Below are positions 27,282-40,300 of a stretch of DNA of 64,000 bases, piece after piece. Under the pieces are notes generated by a model. That model had not been told where the DNA came from. It ran no database searches and was given only the letters and a program-made list of their open reading frames with translations. The position numbers and the translations under genes are program-made. Numbering within the stretch: the first letter of the stretch is position 1; each line of letters opens with the position of its first letter. The DNA is from Tubiluchus corallicola. Its lineage: Eukaryota; Animalia; Priapulida. The DNA is taken from contig JAQGDQ010000429.1 of assembly GCA_030141605.1 (NCBI GenBank), positions 62,001-126,000 of the forward strand. The letters are read 5' to 3'.

Positions 27282-28598
27282 ATTTGCAAATAATTTTGTT
27301 TTATCAGAAGGTACAACTATAGTAGAACGTCACACAATGGCTAACTCAGCACAGATCCAAATTCTTAGACTGAACTCAATGAGAAAAAGTTTCTTCAAAC
27401 AAACATGACTGCCTAAAAAAACAAAATCAAAAATATTAAGTCAAATATTAAACTTGACAGTTTTCATGGAAATTTTTTTAGAAAAGGTGATAATCAGTTG
27501 TTTGTGGCTGACAATTGGAAAATAGCACTGAAAACAGAGGAGTTTGATTGATAACAACCAGTTAGAAACCTGCCATGGCCATCAGCTAACAATCACTTTA
27601 ATACTGGTAGTGGGACATCTACATGTAGCTGATTGTTATATGTTACCCTATGATGCCTCTTTAGTAAACGTGTGCAAGCTTTTATAGTTATTGAAAATGG
27701 TGGATATTAAATGATGTGAGGCAACCTTATGGGTTTCACTCACATTCCTGACAAGCTAAGTGCCGGATAATCTATACAGGCACTTAACCCCACAATAAAA
27801 ACATTCAAATTTTGTCTGGTTAAAAAAAATATCTTCATCATAAGGTGAAATTAGGTTACAAGACTGTATTATCAGGTATAAACAAGCGTACGCACACATA
27901 TTTCAATTCTCACGTATTCCACAACTTCACATAAATGTTTGCAAAATCACTGGCTTCCTTTGCCATTAGTATGTTGTTGGATGCCGCCAAAAGAGCATAA
28001 CCATTGATGCACCATTTATCAATAGTTTTAAATCGTATTTGACAAGGGACTGCAACCAAGTGCTCAGTGCTTACCGCAACGGTGCCGTGCATTGTGAGAT
28101 TGGTCGTGCAACAAAACAGTTATCTGCACATAAATAATAAAGAATTCATTGTGGCCTTCGTGGACAGATATTTACAAAAACATGTTCTGCCTCAAATCAT
28201 ACCTCATAACTTGCATAAATATTAAAATAGGAGACCTCTAGTCCATAAATATTTGTCTGGTGCATTTTGAAAACTGTCAATCGTTTGTAGTCTTATAACT
28301 TCTTCCGGTAGAGAATTCCAAATATCTATGTCGGCTCAACCAAGCTCAACACTAAGTCACTATGACTTTAAAAAATAATATTGAAAGGTAAACTAAGAGT
28401 AAGACAGTAAGTGCAATATTACTTAGTTATAATATGACAAAACATTCTCAGAATGGTTGGCAGGTCTGCACATACTTACAATGAAACACACCAAAAGTAA
28501 AACACAAAACATTAGTTGATGTATACATACCTATAGTTAAAAAAGTCATAAAACGCAAAATTTTCGCCTTTTAAAAAGAAAGGAACAAACAACCACGT

Positions 28599-29537
28599 TG
28601 TTGGGAGCCGTTTGGACCACTGCGCCAAGTAGACCACTTGATGCGCTAAAAGTAGTGTCCTACATGGGCAGCCCAAGTAGGACACTAGCGAGTTTTGTCG
28701 AGAAACTTGCTCTGGCAAAACTTGTTTCCAGTTTATATTACCATTGTTTATAAGTATTGTTATGACATAATAAAGCATGAAACAAAATTTCTTTTAGAAA
28801 TGGATATTCCTTGGCAATTTACAAATGCATTTCTTACAATCATTTCATCATTATGCTTAACTCCATTAATATATCATAACATTAAACCTAGTATCTAATG
28901 CTTTAAAGAGAGAAATTCTGCACACAGTTATTACAGAAATAATTGCAAATTTAAAAATGAGACAGATGCTGCTAAGCCTTCACAACACCAAAAAGTAATT
29001 TTTAACAAAAGCAAGGATAATTAGTTTTAATATTATCAGTAGTATTGTAACATGTAGGGCACTGTCCTACATGGCTCGCTAGCCCATGTAGGACACATAG
29101 ATCGCTAGAACGTTTACTTATAAGAAAACAATTATTTGCCCAAGAGGTAGTGAAACGGATCACCTGTTTGTGAAGCGAGACAAAATCAAAAATGATATAC
29201 CTTAAACAAATGTTGAATTCGCAAAAAAGTGAGGTCTTTTCACTTCAACAACATTAATATCGAAACCAAATTTAATATTGTCCGTTCTACCAGCTCAGAA
29301 TAAAATTCTTTTATTTTATTAGATGTATAATAAATTATTCAACGTGTATTAACGTTTTTAATTATTATTATTACATAAACAAGCACAACGGACGGTGTCA
29401 GTACACTTAACGACTGAATTCACGACCTGTCTCTAGTGTCTCTACTTGGGCTAGCCCATGTAGACCGCGGTCTACTTAGGCTAGCCCAAGTAGACCAATT
29501 GGTCTACTTGGCGCAGTGGTCCAAACGGCTCCCAACA
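28599..29537. mobile_element. Ginger-like MITE, copy 2 (different terminal repeat, shared core)
   Basis: Perfect inverted termini tgttgggagccgtttggaccactgcgccaagtagacca; the internal part about 29090-29460 is the reverse complement of about 11990-12330. TSD unclear because of an ACA run on the right. Confidence 0.8.
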
Positions 29538-29669
29538 ACAACAACAATTGTACAATTTAACAAGCAGTCGCTTTAACAATAGAAGAAACCTTTGTTAGGC
29601 TTTTAATGCTCCCACTCCACGACTTGTATTGCGTAAAACGATCACCGTCAAATTGTCTATCACCAGGTA

Positions 29670-30391
29670 CAGTAAGTCCTCGTTTAACGACGCTAATGCG
29701 TTCCAGCAAAATGCGACGCTAAGCGAAACGTCGTTAAACGAAGCTATGACTTCCATAGACAGTAATGTAAAAGAGCTGAGATATGTTTCAGAGGCAATTA
29801 AATCATATAAATTAAAGGTTTTATGAGTTTCACACATGTTTCTACTGATCAATTTCTTTCTGTTTGCTTGAAACTACCTATATTATACCTTACTAACATA
29901 GCTAGCAATTTCTCTTTCGTTAACATTTAAGTGTAGGTTATACAATGAACACTGTCGTCACTGCAGCAGGGTTAAAGCCAAACGCCATGTGACTCTTGGC
30001 GACCTTGGAAAATTTATCTAGTTTGGTTATTACAGCTGCAGGAAAAATTCCTTTCATAAACTTTACAGTCAGCTCTTGCTTGTTACAATTAAATGCCAAA
30101 AGGCTGGCATTTAGTGGTCAGTCAGGAAGTAAAAATGTATACTGTACTTGTATAATAATTCCACTATTTAGGTTACTAGTGCATTTTTAGAATAGAATGG
30201 TGCAACATGTACTGTCTTAATGCATCAAATTAGATAAAAAAGTTGTTGATAAAATAAAAATTCACTTAGAGTGAAGTAAAAAATTGTCGTTAAAACTAAA
30301 CAGTGCGTCGTTAAGAGAAAAAATGAAGTCAAATGTTCAGTGTTGTTAAAACAAAACGAAGCTAAACGAGTCGTTAAGGGAGGACTTACTG
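29670..30391. mobile_element. Tc1/mariner-pogo (Tigger-like) MITE
   Basis: ta|cagtaagtcctcgtttaacgac ... gtcgttaagggaggacttactg|ta: inverted termini with TA TSD; internal gtcgttaa repeats. Confidence 0.85.
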
Positions 30392-31051
30392 TACATGAAA
30401 ATATTTACACGTATTCATGTGATTGCCTACGGGAGGAATATCATAACCTTTTGTTAGGTAGTTCAAAATTTAGAATGAGAACAATTTGTAACATTAAAGT
30501 ATATTGTTATATTGCTTGAGAATCTATCTTGCCTCTAATATATTTTAGTGTGGAAGCCTCGTGTGTCATGCATAACGCACAATTTTGAAAAATATGATGG
30601 AGATCAAGGTGGCAGTCAAGATTGTCCAAAACATCTTAAACACTTGCCTTGCAAACCTTTCTTTTGAATTTAGTCAATATTAATTATTATGTTACAGAAA
30701 TCATTAGTGAGAGCAAATAAAGTAAATAATGTAAATAAACTTGATGTAGAACTCTGTGCGAGGAACCTCCTGTTTTAATATCTGTATGTATATTAGGAGA
30801 TGAGTAAACCAACATCGAATAACTAAATAATGTTTGTTTTTGGCAAGTTACTCAGTGGACGAGAGATTGGCACAAGAGAGAAAAATTAGGATTTGCTCAT
30901 CACGAAGGTGAGTTACGAAAGCAATTTATCTTCTTGGATAAATCCTTTGAAACAGTGTTTCCCTCTGCTTTCAAAATAACTCTAATATGTTTGTCAGGAT
31001 TGAGTATCAGTGAATTTCAAAACGGTTCACCTCGATCTGCTCAAATGATAT

Positions 31052-31187
31052 TGTTGTGGAGATCGCTGGCATCTATTAGAATTATTAAGAACATTGTAGA
31101 ATGTTCTGTTAGAATAATTGTCTTACCTTGTAGAATGTTCTAGAAAGAAACTTCTCTAGCACGCCATATAAGTCGCAGCTGGCCGTT

Positions 31188-31274
<87 letters not shown>

Positions 31275-31411
31275 AGAGAGATTCGCACGGACGCACACTT
31301 ACACATTCTCTTGTATACTTGTATTTTCATATACACTTAGATACATTCAACGTTTTCCAGATTTTTTTCTGGTTTTCTCTGCGAGCCTTCCGAGAGAAAC
31401 AAAACACAACA
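31052..31411 (+). mobile_element. Solo LTR containing a (CA)n expansion
   Basis: TGTTGTG...CACAACA termini; 5-bp TSD GATAT/GATAC (one mismatch); TATA-like catataag; homologous to 32655-33029. Confidence 0.8.
31190..31271. repeat. (CA)n microsatellite, about 40 units
   Basis: Perfect dinucleotide run; produces spurious THTH and VCVC ORFs. Confidence 0.98.
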
Positions 31412-32654
31412 GATACCCTTCAAGATTGCAGGCTGTGCGAGACACAATGCTTAAGCTAGAAAAGATAAATTCTTAATTAACTGAGTAATACTTTGGCACA
31501 TTAAATTGTTCCATGCCATTATACTTGTTGCTTTGCAACCTCTAACAAAAGTCCCTAGGATTGAATTGAAAAGTCCTAACAGAAAACATTAAACAGCTCC
31601 ATTCCACAAATTTTCACAGCATGGTGTGACAAAAGTTATGACTATGTTTTTCTTATGGTTTGCAAATGCAGACCACAGACTTCTTTCTAATTCAATTAAA
31701 TTCATCAACAGGAACAATCCAATTTAATAACGTATGTCCGTCTTTCTCTTGGAATGATCTATATCTGCGCCAAAATATTATTGCATGTTTCCTTGTCCCA
31801 TATGCTCCTAGGAGTCCTGCCCCCTTAAGGTTTCATAAAAATCGGTTATTTTAGTATTTGTGTTATCTTGCTAAAAAAACAAACAAATGGTACTGAAAAC
31901 GCATATAGCCCCTTGGTAATAAAGCACATTATGTTTATTTCGATAGCACATTTCCATCTAGCATAGTCCATGGGCATATGCAGTTATCGGGGTTGTAATA
32001 ATGAAGCTCAGGGCTGTGTGCACATTGTTTTCTCCACTTTAATGTTTTGTGTATAGTGGGATGTATCTCACTAAGATATGACTTCCAATAATCTTTTAAT
32101 CGTTTCACCAATAATATTGCGGGTTCATATAACTTTCCTCCATGCACTCTCTGTTTTCACTGCAGTTTTATAAAACTAGTCACTGAATTGAATTTTTGCT
32201 TTTCCCCTTTAACCTTAACTGCTACTGAAAAAGTGTAACACTACAAGATTGCATAACCCCTGTCACAGAAAATTAAATTGAAACAATTGAGGCTTGGAGT
32301 TGCTGGTTCCTGTCGGCACCATTTTCAGCAACATCAAGAACTATCCATAACTGTAGAAATCCAATGACAAAGTTGCTTCATCAGGAGTGTCCAAGAAAAC
32401 CATACAACAAGCTTCCACTTCCCTTTGATGAACATGTTTTCGCTCAGTGTATTCCATGGTTGCACCACTGCAAATGAATTGAAACGAAACCTGATGCAGA
32501 ATTTGTCCCACAGCTTTTTGGACAATAAGTAGGAAAGCTCAAAGCATTTTTTATCCATTAATTTCTGTCAGAGACGAGACTTTACAGGTTATAAGATGAG
32601 CTTCTTGCCCAGACTGGTTATAACTGACTCTAACATCATAACAAAATCAATAGT

Positions 32655-33029
32655 TGTTGTGTTTTGTTTCTCTCAGAAGGCTCGTAGAGAAAACCAGAAA
32701 ACACGCTGTCAAATTAAACTAGTTTATAAAGCGAGAATTCTACAACACAAAAGCATGAAAGAACGCAAAATAATTACAGTAAATGTGAAACTCTGGAAAA
32801 CGTTTAAGTGTATCTGAAAATGTAAGTATACAAGAGAATGTGTAAGTATACGTCCGTGCGAGACCTGCGTGCTCCGTGTGCTCCCATGTCAGTTTCGCCT
32901 TATATAGCGCACTGAAGAAACTTCCAGAAGTAATGTTCCGGAACATTCTAGACGGTAAGACGATCATTCCAACGGAACATTCTACAATGTTCTATGTAAT
33001 TCTAATAGATGCCAGCGATCTCCACAACA
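32655..33029 (-). mobile_element. Solo LTR, same family, inverted orientation
   Basis: TGTTGTG...CACAACA termini; perfect 5-bp TSD ATAGT (32650-32654 and 33030-33034); reverse complement of 31052-31411 but without the CA run. Confidence 0.85.
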
Positions 33030-33661
33030 ATAGTGAACTGATTAAAATTTGAGTTGTTACTCTGAGTTGTAGAATCTGCCCAACAACATGCAGAAATGCC
33101 AAAAAAATCGAAGAAAAATTAAAGTTAAATCTGACAGCATACTTGTTTGTGTATCTCCATTACTAATCCATATAACACACTTGTGCCAAGGCTAAAAGCA
33201 AACCTGCTCGTTCTATTACTGGTTCACAGAACCTTTGCATGCTAGTTAGCTAGTACATGCATAATCTTCGTAATAGACTGAGTGAAACCAAATGGCATTT
33301 TGCCTGCAATAGAATACTTAATTTAATTGTCAGTTCATTGTTGATGATAATGGTGTCAGTCAAAGTATATTGTCAAAGTTAATGAGTTAATAATAACAAT
33401 AACATTAATGGATTGATGGCAATGTTTATACTGCTGCTGCAGATGATGGTCCACGGCTGCATTATAACAATACATATGTCCTGCATTATTGCAAGTGTCA
33501 ATGAGTGAGGGCCGTGAAAAAATACTCAGTTAAGTTGGTGTGACATCAAAAACTCTCGTGTTGTGCATAAAAGAGGGTTTCATACTGTGTTAGTTATATT
33601 ATTATCTATGGTTTTGTACACACTCCAATGAAAAAGTTTATTGTCCTTGTCTTTTGTGTTT

Positions 33662-34270
33662 TGTAGGGTGACGAGTAACCCACTAGCTGAATTAGGACCC
33701 TTCAGGCAAACGCATGTGCTAAATTTGTGGAAGAGCAGTGCCGTACACGGGCAGCCCGAGTAGGACACTAGCGATTTCGGTCGAGAATCGAGATTTATGA
33801 CATACTAAAACATAAAAGTAAATTAGTTTTAGAAAAAAAAGCAACTTTATAATAATGATGGATAGTCCTTGACAATTTACAAATGTATTTTTTACAACAA
33901 TATAATCATTATTATTAGCTCCATTAATATCATCATGTCTGTGAAGCAAGACAAAATAAAAATTGATATACCTGAAACAAATGTTGGAAACGCCTAAAAA
34001 GTGCCCTTATTTCACTTCAAAGAAGAAGAACATTGGCAAATATTAATTCTGCTAGCTCAGAATAAAATTCTTTTATTTTATCAGATGTATAATAAATTAT
34101 TCAACGTATATTGACATTTTTAATTATTACTCTTATTCCATAAACAAGGTCGACGGCTGTGCCAGTACGCTTAACGATTCAATTCGTGACCTGTTTCTAG
34201 TGTCCTACTTGGGCCAGCCCATGTACGCCAATTGTCCTATTTCGGCTAGAGGGTTGCTCGGCGTCCAACA
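33662..34270. mobile_element. Ginger-like MITE, copy 3 (inverted relative to copy 1)
   Basis: tgtagggtgacgagtaacccactagc ... gctagagggttgctcggcgtccaaca; flanks GTTT/GTGT; body is the reverse complement of 11937-12663 with an internal deletion. Confidence 0.8.
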
Positions 34271-36048
34271 GTGTTCGTGACGCTGCAGAATTTTTTCTGG
34301 TTCAGAAGTAATTTTAACAAGCCACTGGCATAGTAGTGTCTAGTCTTTTACTGGTTTAGTACTGTGTATTACTGTTATGAGGACAGTTTTCTTTTGGAAG
34401 TCTACAACAGACGTAATGGGTATTATTATTATGGGTAATGGGTATTATTATGATGTTGACGAATTCTTCTGAATTGTGTACTATGCAATTTATATTAAAT
34501 TATAATAATTATATTTTAATTTATATTATTTTTACTGACTCTCTCAAAACTGAAAGTATCCTTTGGTAAGACTATTAAATGAAGCTGTAAATTCGGGATT
34601 TCCACTCTTCATTTCTATCATCTTTCTGTTATTGTATTAGTAATTACGTTTTATTTGTCTGTATAATAAATGTCAGCATTTTAAATATAAAAATTGTGCA
34701 AGTTACCTGTCATGATGTTATTTTATCAACAGTTTTATCAGCTCCCTTCCCAATTTATTTTAGTCGAAATTTTAGATATCCAATTTTTAGCCGTTTTTAA
34801 CTTAAGTTAGGTATTTGTTATTAGTCATAGCACATCCAAAGCAAACAGGTAAAACTGGGAGATATTCATTCGCAAATAATTTAGTCACTTGATGTTAACT
34901 GAACTTTAATATCAGCTTTTGCACCATAATCATAGTGTTGTATATGTATGTAACACTATTATGTGTAGCACTATCTTTTTCTAGAATATTTTGTTCTATT
35001 TTGCCAAGTTTAATTTTCTTTGTAATTATTAATTGCATTCTAATTCATTGCCAATGTAGGCCTACTAATTATGGCTAGGCCTATTCGTGTATGCAAATAA
35101 ATCAAAATTAAACGATACATTTCGGAGTTGTAGGGACCTTGCAAATACGTAATTTGTAAATGCAATTATTAGAGATTGATGATTTAACCTGTCTGATGTC
35201 TTTTATAAACACAGATCTTTACTGGAGCTAAAATGTTGTGTACTGTTAGTCATGGCAATCTGATAGTGTTCTTTGTTTTTGAATTTTCTATGGGAAGTTA
35301 TTAATTGAACAATGCCTCAACTGGCTGATGAGAAATTGGACTGTGTTCTAATCATTGGCTGTTGACTGTGCTATTTGAGGATCATTATAAGATAAAACTG
35401 GATATTTTTCATTCAACATTAGCCAGTTGCCTAATGTTAATGTGGTTATAAAAACAAAGTATCATTGTTTAATAATATTTAGTGCGCTCTAAGAGTGCTA
35501 GAGTTTCTGCCTTATGCCATTCTGCTAGTAGAGCCCTAGCCCATATATTAATGAGAATTGGTCTGTTTAGGTATTTTGAGTGCTACATTTTAGTTGGTCA
35601 CACAATTTTCTAAAAAAGTTGGAATTAGGATGTTTAGGCATGGATTTAACTGGTTATATGCTTCACTCGCATATATGGTTACGCCCTACTGATTAGAAAA
35701 TTAGGACAAAATTTCTCATTTATCCACTAATTAGATAGCTGCATGCTCTGTATAGCTACAGGTAGTCTTAGCCGATTATTTGGGCATAGACTGCTGCATG
35801 AATCCACGACTGTTGACTTGCTGTGGTATTATCAAATTATATATTGTACATTATAGGTGTTTGCTTATGTTACAGGGAAAATAATGAGGCAATGGCAGTG
35901 CTGATTTATAAATGACACAGATAAGATATTGGATCTTTAAAACTATCTGAAACACTTGAAAAACTATTCAGCGTTTTACTTACATAAAATCAGCTGTTAT
36001 CAACTGATTTGGTTGTGTCATGCTATTAAAGTAATTGAATGAAGTATT

Positions 36049-37299
36049 ATGGAAACTTGGTACCTTCCGCTACTTACCGTGATTCTGCTTCTGTTGTTTA
36101 AGTTTTCCGTGAGTAAGTGTTTAACCACAACATTATTATTAAATTTAGATTAACTTTGTTCGCTTTTATTAAAAAAAATTTAATTGGTCATCGAAATTTA
36201 CTCAAAAAATTAAATTCTGGTCATGCCAATTTGTAACCGGTTATATGATGGCTGATGCACATGAATGTTAGTGGATATCAGATATGAAATATGGGGGTGC
36301 ATAAATGGCTTCTAATTGACCTTATTGCTTTTCTGAAAGGGACGTACTTTTGTACATGAACATGAATTTCCTGATTTTACTCAGCTATTTGATATATTCA
36401 TTGATTGAACAAATAAGCCCAAAGACCATGCCCATTTCTCCAGTTAATCAATTAATCCCGAATTTTCACAGGAAGTCATTCTGATTTATCACCAAAAATA
36501 CAACTATTTGACACGTGACTAAAAGCAATTCTTATTTTCCTCATTTTGAATTTGCAGTGCTTTTCAGTGTGAGGTCAATTTTAATAATGGTTGAAATGGA
36601 TTTTAATATTTAAAACCATGTTTGACTGAAAAACACTAAAGAAAATGTTTAAGTCTTCGGGGTATAGCAACCGACGAGGTCTCCCCATTTTAGCCGTTGT
36701 TTTTACAAATGATTAATAGTTAGCAGTCAACTACTTTTAAATTTTACAAAAATTTGCCTAGCCTTCTTTAACTCTGATTGTATAATATGATGTTTATTAC
36801 AGATTTCAGTTTTCAACTCACCACCAAGTTTTTTTAGGGGTCACATGGTATATAAGAGAAAAAGACCTGACCTTGTTTACTGATTTACTGTATAGTATAT
36901 ACTATAAATTTTGTGAGTGGATACTGTATATCCAGTGACACATTTGGGTGACAAACCGTAATGTAGGAATGTATCTTGGAATGTATCTTTCCCGTATCAC
37001 CTCCTGAAGGGTGTATGCACCCTGAGGGGATAGAGGGATGTGATTCTTCACTTTGCTCAAATGGATTAGGGAATAGGTTGTAAGATTAGGGTTGTACACA
37101 AATACAAAAACTCAATCTTTGGCAATTTAAGCTAAGCTGTTCAGCTACATTTTCACATCTCTAATTGTCAACCTAATGTCACTTTTTTCCGTCTGACTTT
37201 TTTTTAACTGTATTCAGTATTTTGTAACACGGACATTATGGTAATGTAATTACAGTAATTAAATATCGCATTTAATTACCTAGATGTTTACAATAATAC

Positions 37300-37331
<32 letters not shown>

Positions 37332-40300
37332 ACAGGTGAGCTAACGAATGTCGAGACTGCTGCAGATGGGTCTTCTGGCACAATCAAATTCCAAACACCA
37401 GATTTATCGGACGAAGAACAACATTCCCTGCACATGCCAGCTTACCTAAGATGCGAAGCTTGTGAAGCTGTAGCTTATCAGGTAACGACCTTTAATGTTA
37501 AATTACTGTTTCATATTTGTTAAGGTTGTTGATGGAGGTTTGTTTTAATTTGTGTAGTTAGCTCATCGTATCTGACAGCGGTAGTTCTGAACAACCATCA
37601 CAATTACGATTTTTTTCGGTACTCAAACTACGAGTCACACTGTACACTTACAGCTGCATTTATCTAGCGTAAAGGCTTAGCCAGCAAGATTAGCCACAGA
37701 AACGGTCTTAAAAACTTAAATGGAAATTCAGACCTAATTATGAGTTTATAGGTAACCAATCTATAGAATACTGAGAGGGAACATAATATTTTTTCAAGAA
37801 TGACTTGCATGAAAGAATTATTACTGTAAAAGAATCCACACAAACGAAACATGCACCTAGTTCTTCGCTGTTACATACATTTCGCCATTTGTTAGTTAGA
37901 TTGTACAAAAGCAGGTGCTGTACCTCTCAGAGAGATGTTCGGTTGTGAATTTGTTCACATGTTCGAGAGCTTATGCGTGAGCACTGCGGTAAAATTGAAG
38001 TTTGAATTTTAAACTTATAATTTGCCGAGTTTTAGTATATCACACTGTGAGTTGTACAGTAGCACTATATTTAAATTTTTTCTTTCGCAAACAGGTACAA
38101 CACGCTCATGTACTGTTTGTGCTATTGAAAAATATATTCTGTTGTGATGTCATCACTAGTTGAGCTCGCCCACCGTTAATTAAGTTTTGAATCTATTATT
38201 TAATTATCAGAAATATCATGACACTACTATAGGTGTTAAAATGTTTACTTTTTTACCGTACTGCAACATCGAGTAGGATATGAAAAATCGTCTTGTTTTT
38301 CTTTAAAGGAAGACAAAACAATTTACCATATATTATCCCATTTTCAAGTCTAAAAGTATATATTTTCACACGATTAATACTGCAAAAGCATTTCTGATAG
38401 TTAAATAATAATAGATTCAAAACTTAATTAATGGTGGTGAGCCCAACCATTGATGACATAATAAACTAACATAATTTTCAACAACACAACTAGACAAGTT
38501 ACCGTTGTGCTCATGCATGAGCTATCGAACGTGTGTAGCTCATCACAAGCTAACACATCTGAACTGAGAGATACAGCATCTGTTTTTTGTGATTAGTATG
38601 ATTCCTTTCAATATTATAAAGAGTATTATTTTGACCTACAGTTTAAGATTGGGTCCGGTTTTGCTTTAACGTGTGGTGTAAGTTTCCCAAGAGCCATGTG
38701 AGCTGCTTCAATTTGATGCTCCTCACCTTTTTTGTAAGTGCATTAACATAGAGCAGGCTTTTCGGGCAATCCTTTATTTTCACAGTTAGTTATTGTTAGT
38801 GGAGAAATGGTAGGCATTTGATTTGATTGACCTCCCTGCCAAGCTCAATTCACAGTTTTCTAAGTGAAAGGCGACACACCAATTTTTTCCTATTGATAAT
38901 ATAGTAGTGAAGAAAGGATTGACGCAAGAAAGAAATGAAATCATGTGGTCTGATAGAAGATGAATTGGGCTGGCTATATGTTCTAATGCTTGAAATGTGT
39001 GTGTGTGTGTGTGCGTGCATGTGTGCGCGCGTGCGTGCGTGCGTGTGTGTTCCATAATTGTATGGAGCTTAGGAGTTTTGCAACAGGAAAATTCAAAAAA
39101 TGGAAGCAGTTTGAAGTGCATTTATTATTCATTGTATGCTGTTGCTGAGCTAGGCATAGTGTTACTGACACTCTGGATCTTGTCTAAGGCAAACACTGTT
39201 TGCTGATGTTAATTAGTTTCACATACGGTGTCCATGAAAAAAGGAAACAAAACAATTTAGTTACACCATAATTATGTTCTAATTATAAGATAAATTCACA
39301 TATTTCATCAGTTGCAGAGATCGTAATAGTAAGAGGGTTTAAAATAGCGAACCTAAACTGAAGATTGCCTAGTTTTCTACTATTATTCCCCAGCTCAGGA
39401 TTACGAAAAAGGTTGGTGTTAAGCGATGTTAGCATCATAATGGGGGTGTTATATAATGTGGCTTAACTATATCTTTATTTTTATTCTCACTGTCAGTACT
39501 TTACTGCCAATGTTGATTTCGATTTCAGCTTGCCAAACACTTTAACAAACGTAATGACCTCAAGCCTTCATTTAAAGGTCATCTTCCTGAATCGGAGATT
39601 CTAGATGTCATAGAAACAGTGTGCAATGAGCAAGACACTTTCAAAGAGTGAGTTGTACTGTCACTGACAATTACATAGTATTTATAGTATCAGATGTTTT
39701 ATAAGTCCCTCATTTAATTATCTTTAAAATTTTAATAAAAATTAATAGCAGTTATAACAGCTATCAATTGGTCTATGAATCATCAGAATTTTATTTGTTT
39801 AAAGTCTAGCTTTATGAGTCTACTGCAGCGGTTTTGCACCTCTCCTATAGAATCAGCATGGTAGTAGTGACAATGGCACAAACATCAAATGTAGATTTAA
39901 AAAATTAGAATAAGAGTTTATCTGTAGATGAGTCTTGCTGGTCCATTAGCTGCAATAAAAATTGAAAATCAGTTTAGTGCAAGGCTATATTGTAATTATG
40001 GTCAGAGAAATTAATTTAAAAAATGTACAAAATTCTGTGTTTATTTTGTTAGCTTAGAATCCTTTAGATAGTAAGTAAATTTGTGCATTCTGTTTAGGTC
40101 TCAGTATATGTTGTTACTACTGTACAGATGGGTGAAATCCATAATAGTATTTCAGCCAAAATTTGGGGCAGTGACATATAACTTGCTTCTTCTAGAGCTT
40201 CACTTTTTTTGAAGCATTCGTATCATATAAGTTTCAAGTTTGTGTAGCCACTTTTGTGTTGTAGTTACGGAATAAAGGAAGTGGAAGGCGAAACCAGACT

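Noticed and set aside
31109-31476. VCVC and THTH ORFs (also 38786-39206)
   Set aside because: Microsatellite artefacts.
34496-34504. Perfect U12-type donor GTATCCTTT upstream of MZB1
   Set aside because: I found no TCCTTAAC-like branch site with an acceptor before the MZB1 start; likely chance.
34595-34603. kB-like site GGGATTTCC upstream of MZB1
   Set aside because: A single 9-mer, one base short of the consensus; not distinguishable from chance.
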